The notes under the pieces were generated by a model, which had not been told where the DNA came from, searched no databases, and saw only the letters and a list, made by a program, of their open reading frames with translations. Shown here piece after piece: positions 41,247-50,179 of a stretch of 64,000 bases of DNA. The DNA comes from Spirochaetia bacterium (GTDB lineage: Bacteria; Spirochaetota; Spirochaetia; UBA9216). The stretch covers positions 3,488,001 through 3,552,000 of the forward strand of contig OY776510.1 of assembly GCA_963675665.1 (NCBI GenBank), written 5' to 3'. Position 1 is the stretch's first letter. The number at the start of each line of letters is the position of its first letter. The position numbers and the translations under genes are program-made.

Positions 41247-41495
41247 ATGTTAATTTCAGTGGTTCCTATAGGCAATTCAAAAGGAATTCGGATTCCTAAG
41301 AGCATTTTGCAGCAATTAAATATTGAAGAAAAAGTCGAATTGGAAGTTCATAATACAGAAATATTGATACGGCCAATTAAGAAAAAGCCGAGAGAAGGAT
41401 GGTCCGAAGAGTTTATGAAAATGCATCAAAATGGTGATGATTCTTCACTTGTGGACAATTTAACAGGTCAGGATGATTTTGAATGGGAATGGTAA
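41247..41495 (+). CDS. mazE: Cassette 15: AbrB/MazE antitoxin
   Basis: IGNSKGIRIPK, PREGW, FEWEW. Confidence 0.9.
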   Translation: MLISVVPIGNSKGIRIPKSILQQLNIEEKVELEVHNTEILIRPIKKKPREGWSEEFMKMHQNGDDSSLVDNLTGQDDFEWEW

Positions 41496-41812
41496 TCCAT
41501 CAATACGAAGTGTATTTGATAAACTTGGATCCGACTGTTGGTCATGAAATAAAAAAGACAAGACCTTGTTTAGTTATTTCACCAAACGAGATGAATGAAT
41601 CGATCCAGACTATTATAATCGCTCCAATGACAACGAAATCACATCCATATCCAACTCGAGTACCAATTAAATTTGAAAAGAAAGATGGATGGATTGTTTT
41701 AGATCAATTAAGAACAATTGATAGAAAGAGATTAATTAAAAAAATTGGAAAGATAAATAAAAAAGAAGTTGAACTCGTCAAGAATGTACTCCAGGAAATG
41801 TTAATAGATTAA
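41483..41812 (+). CDS. mazF: Cassette 15: PemK/MazF toxin
   Basis: LDPTVGHEIKKTRPCLVISP, APMTT, LDQLRTIDRKRL. Confidence 0.94.
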   Translation: MGMVIHQYEVYLINLDPTVGHEIKKTRPCLVISPNEMNESIQTIIIAPMTTKSHPYPTRVPIKFEKKDGWIVLDQLRTIDRKRLIKKIGKINKKEVELVKNVLQEMLID

Positions 41813-41861
41813 AGCCAATCAACATCCTTGTTGCTTGGCTTTGAAGAAGGTTTGTGACTAC

Positions 41862-41949
41862 GCATAAAACAGCAGAATATGAGGCTCCAGCCATTCTGCT
41901 GTCGCCTAAATCGACTATGTCGACTTCGCATATTCGCGGAGTGTTATAT
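41862..41949 (+). repeat. attC-like site 15 (left core has AA insertion)
   Basis: GCATAAAAC-a-GCAGAATATGAG ... CGCATATTCGC-ggagt-GTTATAT. Confidence 0.75.
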
Positions 41950-42108
41950 GAAAATTACTGGGACATCAAATAATAATAGGTGTATATTTGTTGCGTACGG
42001 ATAAGCGTACGGGGATGTGGAATGAGTAGTATAAATGTAACAAATGCCAGAAAAGATCTTTACAATTTAGTACAAAGGGTAAATTCAACGTAAGCGGTAA
42101 TTCTTACC

Positions 42109-43662
42109 CTATGCCTTAATCAGCCCAGGAGTCAGGTTGAACGGAAGCAGTGCTTCATAATCAGCCGGTGTTTTGCAATTTGGAAGCTGTCTGAAAACGT
42201 AGTAGAAATAATCATAGACCGAGAGGTTCTGCATTTTAGCTGATTCAACAAGGCTGTACAAAATTGCTGAAGATTCGGCGCCGTGTTCTGTATCGGAAAA
42301 CAACCAATTCTTCCTGCCGATCACAAAAGGCCGGATTGCGTTTTCGGCAATGTTGTTAGACGACGTAAGCAGCGGGTCTTCCAAATACAAGTTTAACTGC
42401 TTCCAATTATCCAGCGTATAGGCAATAGCTTTCCCGAAGGCAAGTGTAGGCGGCGTTGCCGCTGCATATTGTGTCAGTAATTCAAATAAGGATTTCAGAA
42501 TCGGAGAAGCCCTGTTCGTCCGTTGTTTTTGAAACCCTTTCTTAGAAAAATCAGCTCTTAAATCTTCAAGCTCAAAAAGTTTCTTAATCAATTCGAGTAT
42601 CTGTTTTGCATCCGGAGATTTAGACAGCTCCCAATACTTGTAGAAATATCTACGGGCATGAGCCCAGCACAAAACATGACGAATAGATTTATTTCCTTCA
42701 TCGCTTAGTTTTTTCAATGCAGTGTGATAAGCCTCATAATCATCAGTCTGCAGCCAGCCGGAATATTCTTGCAGGAAATCATACGGAACTTTATGAGAGC
42801 GGCTTGTTTCATACTGAAACACAACAGATTTTTTATCAGTCTCTCCACCAAGAAATACCCACATCCAGGATTTATCCTGTGCTTTACGACCTTTTTCTTT
42901 CAAAACCTGCACCCGGGTTTCATCAGCATTGATTACTGGACCGTTTTTAATATTATCTTTAAGCAGCTCATATAGCGGCTTGCATCTTTCAGCGCATTTA
43001 ATTGCCAATGTGCTCAGTGTTGCACGTGGAATATCCGCACCTATCGCATTCAACCTCTTACTCTGTCGATAAAACGGCAGCGCATATTCAAACTTCTCAT
43101 TTATAATCCATGCAAGCAGGCTTTCATCGGCAATACTTCCGGAAATGAGGTGTTTAATCCCTTCTGCTGTCTGTACTCCGGATGAATCATCAGTTGTTCC
43201 TTCACAATTTCGGCAGACATATTTTTTCTTTATCTCACGTCTGACGACTACTTTCGCAGGAACGATGCAGAGTCGTTCAGATACATCTTCACCTATACAA
43301 ACCTTCTCGGTACCACAGGCACAGGTTTTATCTTCTTCATCGATATCGTATTCAACAATCTCGCGAGGCAGGTCTTCAGAAAGCGCTTTTCTTCCCGAGT
43401 TCTTTCGAACTGTTTTTGTGTGGGCTTTTACTTCAAGGGTTTCTGATTCTATTTCATCCTGCTGCTCAAATGCGGAATCTTCTGCTTCGTTGAAAAGGGA
43501 CGCCTGCTTCTTATCTTCACTGGTAAATTTCTCAGATTTTGTTCCGAAGTGAAGAGTCTGCAGGAGGTGTACCAGTTCTTTCAATTCGGTAATCTGATTA
43601 TCCTGATTTTGGACTGTTTGTTTGAGTTGAGCAATTTCGTTAAGCAAGGCTTCAGTACTCAC
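42109..43662 (-). CDS. tnpC: IS66 transposase TnpC
   Basis: FGTKSEK, ADET, CWAHARR, NNIAENAIRP..IGRKNWLF. Confidence 0.95.
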   Translation of the reverse strand: MSTEALLNEIAQLKQTVQNQDNQITELKELVHLLQTLHFGTKSEKFTSEDKKQASLFNEAEDSAFEQQDEIESETLEVKAHTKTVRKNSGRKALSEDLPREIVEYDIDEEDKTCACGTEKVCIGEDVSERLCIVPAKVVVRREIKKKYVCRNCEGTTDDSSGVQTAEGIKHLISGSIADESLLAWIINEKFEYALPFYRQSKRLNAIGADIPRATLSTLAIKCAERCKPLYELLKDNIKNGPVINADETRVQVLKEKGRKAQDKSWMWVFLGGETDKKSVVFQYETSRSHKVPYDFLQEYSGWLQTDDYEAYHTALKKLSDEGNKSIRHVLCWAHARRYFYKYWELSKSPDAKQILELIKKLFELEDLRADFSKKGFQKQRTNRASPILKSLFELLTQYAAATPPTLAFGKAIAYTLDNWKQLNLYLEDPLLTSSNNIAENAIRPFVIGRKNWLFSDTEHGAESSAILYSLVESAKMQNLSVYDYFYYVFRQLPNCKTPADYEALLPFNLTPGLIKA

Positions 43663-43700
43663 ATAAGAATTTTACCACGGTTAAATTCGAGTGTGAAGCC

Positions 43701-44045
43701 CTAAACGCGGGAATAATTTAATTGCTTATGCGCTTTAAAGAAATCTATTCCATCAAGCAGCATCTTCAACTCTTCGAACTTTATCTCCCTCGCGTCTTCT
43801 TCCGTTTCCGGCCAGGGGAACTTATTCTTTTCAAGTCTTTTCTGCCAAAGACAGAATCCGTTCCGATCCCAGTAAACGATTTTAAGCAGCTTTCTTTTGC
43901 CGTTGCAGAATAGAAACAGACTTTTTGAGAACGGGTCGTTCTGCATTATATTCTGAATCTGCAGGCTCAGACCGTTCACACCTTTTCGTAAATCAGTTTT
44001 CCCGGGTCTGACGAAGTAACGGTATTCTGAGTAATCGATAATCAT
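43701..44045 (-). CDS. tnpB: IS66 accessory protein TnpB
   Basis: TDLRKGVNGL, LKIVYWDRNGFCLWQKRLE..FPWP. Confidence 0.95.
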   Translation of the reverse strand: MIIDYSEYRYFVRPGKTDLRKGVNGLSLQIQNIMQNDPFSKSLFLFCNGKRKLLKIVYWDRNGFCLWQKRLEKNKFPWPETEEDAREIKFEELKMLLDGIDFFKAHKQLNYSRV

Positions 44046-44341
44046 TCGAGCTCCCCGATTACTTTAAGAACTGATTTCAGCCCGGCTTCATCAAATCCGG
44101 CAGTTATTGATATTAAGAACTTTTTGGTTTTTATAACTATTGGGGCGGCTGAGAAGATTCCATTTGGTTTTATTTCAACAACTGAAGAACTTCCGGGTGC
44201 TTCCTGATTGCCAATAATTTTCCTGTTTTTATAAAACGTGTTTGGATGAATCCCGATCTCTTTACAGAACTCTAAAATCGTCTTACCGCTTTGCTGTTGT
44301 TGCTCAATGACTTCTTCCCAATTATTTATTACCTTTCGCAT
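44042..44341 (-). CDS. tnpA: IS66 accessory protein TnpA
   Basis: W...QQQSGKTI.EFC.E.GI...TFY HTH. Confidence 0.85.
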   Translation of the reverse strand: MRKVINNWEEVIEQQQQSGKTILEFCKEIGIHPNTFYKNRKIIGNQEAPGSSSVVEIKPNGIFSAAPIVIKTKKFLISITAGFDEAGLKSVLKVIGELE

Positions 44342-44651
44342 TTATTTCCTCCTGGTTAATAATTCCGGAGGATAATACATTTTTATATTTTAGCAAGAAG
44401 GTAAGAATTACCGCTTACAATTCAACTCATGAACCTGTAGAAATCACCGGCAAAGAATCTAATGCGATTTTGATAGGTGAAGAAGATTGGCGTAGCATAC
44501 AGGAGACACTCTATCTTTCTACTGTCCCTGGTATGAGAAAATCAATAATCGAAGGCATGAAAACAAAAGCGAAAGAAGTCCTAAAAATCCTTAAAGAAGA
44601 ACCATTTCAAGATTATCCGCCTTATGAGAAACTTATTGGTGAGGTGAAATC

Positions 44652-44985
44652 TTGAATATTGTTGAAAATCCAAATCAAGAGCAATATCCAGGGCAGAGAT
44701 TTTTTATTTTAGATATCAATGAATATATTTATTGCGTTACATTTGTTGAAGATGAAAAGACGGTTTTCCTTAAAACCATAATTCCAGGTCGCAAATACAC
44801 AAGAAAGTATTTATGAGGAAAGAAAGATGAAAAACAATCTGACTCGAGAAGAAATCAATATTATTGAAGATATGGAATCTGGAAAAACTGTTTCAATTAT
44901 GGATTTGAAGAAAGAAAAGAAGAGATATAGTGAATATACAGCAAAAACTGTAAGAAAAGATAAAAGAGTTAATATCCGAATAAGT
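44652..44985 (+). pseudogene. BrnT-like toxin C-terminal fragment plus truncated RHH antitoxin
   Basis: IVENPNQEQYPGQ..FVEDE..FLKTIIP.RKYT; ORF 44827 KDKRVNIRIS runs into a half site. Confidence 0.7.
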
Positions 44986-45027
44986 ATACGACTACGCCGT
45001 ATATCTCATAACCCCGGGACGTCAGCC
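44986..45027 (+). repeat. Right half of attC-like site 16
   Basis: ATACG..CGCCGTA..CATAACCCCGGGAC-GTCAGCC; site-7 family with GTT changed to GTC. Confidence 0.72.
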
Positions 45028-45049
45028 GCAATTGAATAGGATGTGATTA

Positions 45050-45421
45050 ATGAAAAGTCGAAATGAATTTGATTTGCCCCAAGCCATCCAGGAATGGGGT
45101 TGGAAATTCCATCACGTAGGGATTCCAACAAATGAAAAAAAGATGAACGAAGAATACCTAAAAAAATTTAAATTTTCAGTATCGGGTTTTTCAGAGAGTC
45201 CTTTTGGTATTGAATGGATGAGATTTGAAGCTGAATGTGAAATGCCAGAAATAATACAGCAAGTACCACACTTGGCATTTGTTGTAAATGATCTTGATTT
45301 TGAATTGAAAACAAAAAATTTTAAAATACTGATAGAACCGAATCCTCCTATGAAAGGAATCAGAGTTGCCATGATAGAGCATAATGGAGCGCCAATAGAA
45401 TTGATGGAATTAACTACGTGA
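45050..45421 (+). CDS. Cassette 17: VOC/glyoxalase-like protein
   Basis: FHHVGIPT, PHLAFVV.DL, GAPIELME. Confidence 0.85.
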   Translation: MKSRNEFDLPQAIQEWGWKFHHVGIPTNEKKMNEEYLKKFKFSVSGFSESPFGIEWMRFEAECEMPEIIQQVPHLAFVVNDLDFELKTKNFKILIEPNPPMKGIRVAMIEHNGAPIELMELTT

Positions 45422-45432
45422 AATTAATCTGA

Positions 45433-45560
45433 AACCAACTAGGGAATATCCGATAAGCCAAAACGAGCTTGGTAACAGGCTATATTTTTCTCAAATAAGT
45501 CATTATCATCGACATTTAACAAGGATTTGATTAGAGGTCATCACTCCACTCCGCTGTGAA
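45433..45560 (+). repeat. Degenerate remnant of a giant-type site (site 17)
   Basis: AGGGAATAT and TATTTTTCT....TTATCATCG.CATTTAACA match site 5; right boundary approximate. Confidence 0.55.
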
Positions 45561-45595
45561 ATATGATCGAAGTTGCGAAAATACTAAGATTTGTT

Positions 45596-45811
45596 TTATT
45601 TTTTTAATCGGTCAGTCGTCGAAAAAATATTTTTATCAATTTTGTAGTTCGACATAATTTCAAAACCGACGCCCATCCCAGGTATTGAGCAAACGGGAAT
45701 AACCGCCATGTTGATGGTGTCTATATCGCGGTAGCCAATATGCTTTTTATCAAGGAGCATCATAATAATGCTGACAAGCCTGTCAATTTTCATCTGATAA
45801 TTGCCTTGCAA
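45596..45811 (-). pseudogene. YafY-like HTH-WYL regulator fragment
   Basis: MKIDRLVSIIMMLL..YRDIDTI..PG.G.GF; HTH internally deleted, WYL domain absent. Confidence 0.75.
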
Positions 45812-45899
45812 ATATTTTTTATTGTTGCCATAGTGTTGTCAACATTTATATGTATAATTGGAAAATAAACTTATCAATCTGCTTTAAGGAGGACCCACT

Positions 45900-46391
45900 A
45901 TGCAGAAAAAAGCCCTGGTAATAATTGATATTCAAAATGACATAACAAAGAATTACAAGGATGTTATCGATAATATTAATAGAGCTATTGATTGGGCTGT
46001 CAATAATAATGTTCATGTTGTTTATATAAGGCATGAAAATTTATCAGCCGGCACAAGAACTTTTAAACCCGATACTCGTGGAGCTGATTTTCCATCAGAT
46101 TTAAAAATGGTATCAAAAAATGTTTTTACAAAAAACAAAGGAAACGCGTTAACCAGTGAAGAACTTTCAAATTTCATTATGGAAAATGGAATATGTGATT
46201 TCTACATAACAGGCGCAGATGCTGTTGCTTGTGTAAAATCAACCTGTTATAATTTACGAAAAGCAAATTATGGCGTTAATGTCCTGTCAGATTGCATTAC
46301 CAGTTATGATAAAAAGAAAATAGTTGAAATGCTGAACTATTATGAAAGTAAAGGCTGTAAAAATATTTGTTTAAATGACATATTAGATTAA
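45900..46391 (+). CDS. Isochorismatase-family cysteine hydrolase
   Basis: ALVIIDIQND, FTK, TGAD..ACVKST. Confidence 0.9.
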   Translation: MQKKALVIIDIQNDITKNYKDVIDNINRAIDWAVNNNVHVVYIRHENLSAGTRTFKPDTRGADFPSDLKMVSKNVFTKNKGNALTSEELSNFIMENGICDFYITGADAVACVKSTCYNLRKANYGVNVLSDCITSYDKKKIVEMLNYYESKGCKNICLNDILD

Positions 46392-46499
46392 GATTGCTTA
46401 ATATTTATCTCTTTAAACAGCGGCGTTTTCTTGCCCACGGTTTTGTTCAGTTATCGACTTAAAAGGTAATATTTTTTCCTGACAAAAGAAGGAGTTAAA

Positions 46500-47315
46500 A
46501 TGAAAAACGATAAGATCGATTTGAAGGGTGTCCATGAAACTTTACTGATGCCCTTATGGGGAAGAGCAACGGAAACTAAATCAAAAAAACCACTACTTAT
46601 TGATACTGAAGCTGTTCGAATAATAGATTCAATCAATTATGATTTCACTAGAATTGAAAAAAAAGTAAACCAGATAAGCAAAGCATCATGGATTGCAAGA
46701 AGCATATACTTTGATGAGAAAATTAAAGACTACTTGATAAAAAATCCGAACGGAACGATTATAAATATAGGCTGTGGTTTGGATACCACGTATGAACGTG
46801 TAAATAATGAGAAAGCAATCTGGTATGAATTAGATTTTCCGGAAGTCATAGAATTTAGAAAACAACTTATTAAAGAAACTAACAACCGAATATTTTTACC
46901 ATTTTCTGTATTGGATAAAAAATGGTATTCCCTGTTAAATAATAAAGATTTTGTTATTATCATGATGGCTGGTGTTATATATTATTTTGATGAGAATAAT
47001 GTACGAAGATTGTTTGAAATGTTTATTAATAATTTTAAGACAGCAATTGTTATTTTTGATTACAGCTCTAAAAAGGGTATACAACTAGCAAATAAAAAAG
47101 TCATCGATGAGAGTGGAATGGATAAATCATCATATCTAAAATGGGGAGTTGATGATATTAAAGAGATAGAAAAATGGGATACGAAAATTAAAGTTATTGA
47201 CAACATGAAAATGTTTAATGATATTAAGAGTAAATACCCATTTAAGAGAAAAATTGGAATGTCTATATCAGATCGTCTTTCAATTATGTCATTAGCCAGA
47301 ATAATTATAGAATGA
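46500..47315 (+). CDS. Class I SAM methyltransferase (LCM/TcmP-like)
   Basis: ETLLMPLWGRA, NIGCGLDT, WYELDFPEVI. Confidence 0.9.
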   Translation: MKNDKIDLKGVHETLLMPLWGRATETKSKKPLLIDTEAVRIIDSINYDFTRIEKKVNQISKASWIARSIYFDEKIKDYLIKNPNGTIINIGCGLDTTYERVNNEKAIWYELDFPEVIEFRKQLIKETNNRIFLPFSVLDKKWYSLLNNKDFVIIMMAGVIYYFDENNVRRLFEMFINNFKTAIVIFDYSSKKGIQLANKKVIDESGMDKSSYLKWGVDDIKEIEKWDTKIKVIDNMKMFNDIKSKYPFKRKIGMSISDRLSIMSLARIIIE

Positions 47316-47334
47316 TTATTTATCCATTCTCGAT

Positions 47335-47655
47335 TTGGGAGCCGGTACAGGCTTGTTGTACCAGCATTTTTTTGCATATTATCCTGATTCAAAATATATC
47401 TTAATTGATATTTCCGAGGGAATGTTAAAAGTAGCCAGGCAACGTTTCTCTGAAAACCAGAATTCTGATTTTATTACAGAGGATTATTCAAGAAAACTTC
47501 CTGATGAAAATTTGGACTTAATATGTTCGACACTTTCAATTCATCATATGGAAGATAGTGATAAACAATTGCTTTACAATCTGGTTTTTGAAAAACTCAC
47601 TGATAAAGGTTGTTTTATCAATTTGGAGTCGTCGTCGGGTTTAAAAGGAGCTTAA
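47335..47655 (+). pseudogene. Class I SAM methyltransferase fragment
   Basis: LDLGAGTG, DISEGML, LSIHH; both ends missing. Confidence 0.72.
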
Positions 47656-47801
47656 ATAATTAGAAATTTATCTACTCATATCTGTACATCTGCTGAAAAT
47701 GTAATTACTTACTAACCAATGGAAATAACAGACTGCACAGCCGTTCGCTAAAATCACTTTGCTCTTTTGGGTAGAAAGAGTAATATAAAAAGGAGAAAGT
47801 A

Positions 47802-48245
47802 ATGAGAATAGAAAAAATTTACAATAACAAAAAGCAATACCTTGATTTGTTACTATTGGCGGACGAGCAGGAGGAAATGATTGACAGGTATCTGGAAACC
47901 GGCGATATGTTTGCATTATACGATGATGATCTGAAAACTGTTTGTGTTGTTATGGCGATAGACAAAGAAACCTGCGAATTGAAAAACATAGCAACATATA
48001 AAAAATATCAAGGGAAGGGATATGCCAGGGCTATGATAAAGTTTGTCTCAAATTATTATAAGAACAACTATAAGATAATGCTTGTCGGAACAGGAGAAAC
48101 CCCGCCAATATTGTCATTTTATGAAAGTTGCGGATTTGAGAAATCTCATTTTATAAGGAATTTTTTTACAGATAATTATGATCACCCAATGTTTGATGAC
48201 GGTATACAACTGATTGATATGATTTATCTGAAGAAAAAATTATAA
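47802..48245 (+). CDS. GNAT acetyltransferase
   Basis: LLLLADE, ELKNIAT, QGKGYA, FYESCGF. Confidence 0.92.
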   Translation: MRIEKIYNNKKQYLDLLLLADEQEEMIDRYLETGDMFALYDDDLKTVCVVMAIDKETCELKNIATYKKYQGKGYARAMIKFVSNYYKNNYKIMLVGTGETPPILSFYESCGFEKSHFIRNFFTDNYDHPMFDDGIQLIDMIYLKKKL

Positions 48246-48369
48246 ATACCTGATGCAAACAAATATATATCCGAACACATTCGAATCAACACTCCATGAG
48301 TTGCCGTATACTGATCTTGACAAAACATAGCAATGTATAAGAAATAGTTTACTTAACAAAGGAAAAAAA

Positions 48370-48999
48370 TTGAGAATAAACATACTATTTAAAGGTTATA
48401 TTACCGGTTTGATCTTACAATTAGCAATAGGACCTGTATTCCTGTTTATTTTAAATTTATCATTGGAATTTGGTTTCCTGAAAGGATTTTTTGCTGTACT
48501 GGGAGTGACCCTGGTTGATTACCTGTACATCATATTGGCTATATATGGAGCAGGGAAGCTTCTTGATAAATCGAGATTTAAAAAACTATTCTTAATAGTA
48601 AGTTCCGTTATTCTCATTATTTTCGGTATAATCCTTATCAGGAAAGGATTCTTATTCAGCATGCATGAGCAAATTGATTTAAATAATTTATCATTATTTC
48701 AATGCTTTGCAAGTACGTTCATCCTGACAATCTCCAATCCTTTAACCATTATTTTCTGGACAAGTATTTTTACAAATAAATCTATTGAATATTCATTGAC
48801 CCGTAAAGAATTGTTCCCTTTCGGGTTATCTGCAGGCTTTGCAACCCTAAGTTTTCTTGGCACTTCAGTTTTAATATTTTCTTTGTTAAATACGTTAATT
48901 CCATCAGTTTTAATACAAATCCTTAATATAATTGTTGGATCGATTTTAATTTGTTTTGGTACAGTACGTATTATAATGTCGAAAACCATAAACGCCTGA
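48370..48999 (+). CDS. LysE-family exporter
   Basis: AIGPV, LTISNPLTIIFW, multiple TM helices. Confidence 0.9.
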   Translation: MRINILFKGYITGLILQLAIGPVFLFILNLSLEFGFLKGFFAVLGVTLVDYLYIILAIYGAGKLLDKSRFKKLFLIVSSVILIIFGIILIRKGFLFSMHEQIDLNNLSLFQCFASTFILTISNPLTIIFWTSIFTNKSIEYSLTRKELFPFGLSAGFATLSFLGTSVLIFSLLNTLIPSVLIQILNIIVGSILICFGTVRIIMSKTINA

Positions 49000-49216
49000 A
49001 CATACTACTTTTATGCCAATATGCCATATAAAAGTGGCATTTTCATTGAAAGATGCCACATTTTTATTAATTGACGATTAATTATTTTTCTTATATAACT
49101 TCATTTAAGAAGTTTTATGGTTGCGGTTAATGTTTATATATTACCTTTTAGTTATTTGGTAATGTTAATTATTAAAATTAAAAATAAAAAAGAGAAAAGA
49201 AACAGGAGATAATACG

Positions 49217-50179
49217 TTGATAAGAAAAAAAAGAATTATTTTATGTGTTATTGCAGCAATTTTAATCTTTATAATAATAAACAATTTCTCTTTTCAGGGA
49301 CATTCCGGATCATCACAAACAATATCGGTTTTAGCCCATAGAGGTATGGCTCAGACTTTTGATATTGGAAAAGTCAAATGGGACACGAATACTGCTGCAA
49401 TTATATATAAACCGGAACATGATTTTCTTGAGAATACCATACCTTCCATGATGGCTGCTTTTGATTATGGAGCAGATCTTGTTGAATTCGATATTCGAAC
49501 TACCAAAGACAAAAAACTTGTTGTTTTTCATGATTATCTGGTAGATTACAGAACCGAAAAGAAAGGTAACGTATCAGATTACACCCTGGAAGAATTACAG
49601 AAAATGGATATCGGTTACGGTTATACTTACGATAATGGTAACACCTTTCCTTTTAGATCAAAAGGTGTTGGGTTAATGCCTTCGTTCGACGATGTATTAA
49701 AAGAGTTTCCCCAAAAAGAATTTCTTATACATATTAAAGATAACGGTCCTGAAATTGGAAATTTGCTTATTGAAAAATTCAGGGAAATGAACGATGAAAC
49801 AGTCGGCTTATATTCCATCTATGGAAATGATGAAGCAATTGCCCTTATTAAAAAAGAATATCCTGAAATGAAAGCGATGACAGCACAAATGTTAAAAAAA
49901 GCTTTGATTCAGTATCTTCTTGTTGGTTGGACCGGATATACTCCCAAAAGTATACGTAATATGGAAATTCATATCCCGATAGAATATACAAAATTAATAT
50001 GGGGCTGGCCTGCGAAATTTCTTGACCGGATGAATAAGGCCGGCAGCAGAGTTGTTCTTATACGGAAGATCGGTCCATGGACAGGCGGTTTTGATTCAAT
50101 TGAAGAAATTAAAGATATTCCGGCTGGTTATAACGGGTATATTATGACTGACCGAATCGACAGGATTCAGCCCTTTTAG
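49217..50179 (+). CDS. Glycerophosphodiester phosphodiesterase family protein
   Basis: AHRG, ENTI, VEFDI..TKD..LVVFHD. Confidence 0.92.
   Translation: MIRKKRIILCVIAAILIFIIINNFSFQGHSGSSQTISVLAHRGMAQTFDIGKVKWDTNTAAIIYKPEHDFLENTIPSMMAAFDYGADLVEFDIRTTKDKKLVVFHDYLVDYRTEKKGNVSDYTLEELQKMDIGYGYTYDNGNTFPFRSKGVGLMPSFDDVLKEFPQKEFLIHIKDNGPEIGNLLIEKFREMNDETVGLYSIYGNDEAIALIKKEYPEMKAMTAQMLKKALIQYLLVGWTGYTPKSIRNMEIHIPIEYTKLIWGWPAKFLDRMNKAGSRVVLIRKIGPWTGGFDSIEEIKDIPAGYNGYIMTDRIDRIQPF

Larger units (their letters stand above)
42090..44418 (-). mobile_element. IS66-family element, 2329 bp
   Basis: 19-bp IRs GTAAGCGGTAATTCTTACC; 8-bp target duplication AATTCAAC (42082-42089 and 44419-44426); tnpA-tnpB-tnpC. 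Confidence 0.97.
42022..44655 (+). pseudogene. Cassette 16: YefM antitoxin interrupted by IS66 and fused to a YoeB/Txe fragment
   Basis: MSSINVTNARKDLYNLV..|IS|..HEPVEITGK..EEDWRSIQETLYL..GMKT joined to LKILKEEPFQDYPPYEKLIG; GCGTACGG x2 operator at 41993-42012. Confidence 0.85.
23201..45560 (+). mobile_element. Integron-like platform: tyrosine recombinase plus array of about 17 co-oriented cassettes
   Basis: Recombinase followed by short, unrelated + strand ORFs, each followed by an imperfect palindrome bounded by ..TAAC and GTTA..; several TA modules. Confidence 0.9.

Noticed and set aside
46412-46457. TTTAAAC...GTTATCG as a further attC-like site
   Set aside because: Too short and without complementary inner arms.
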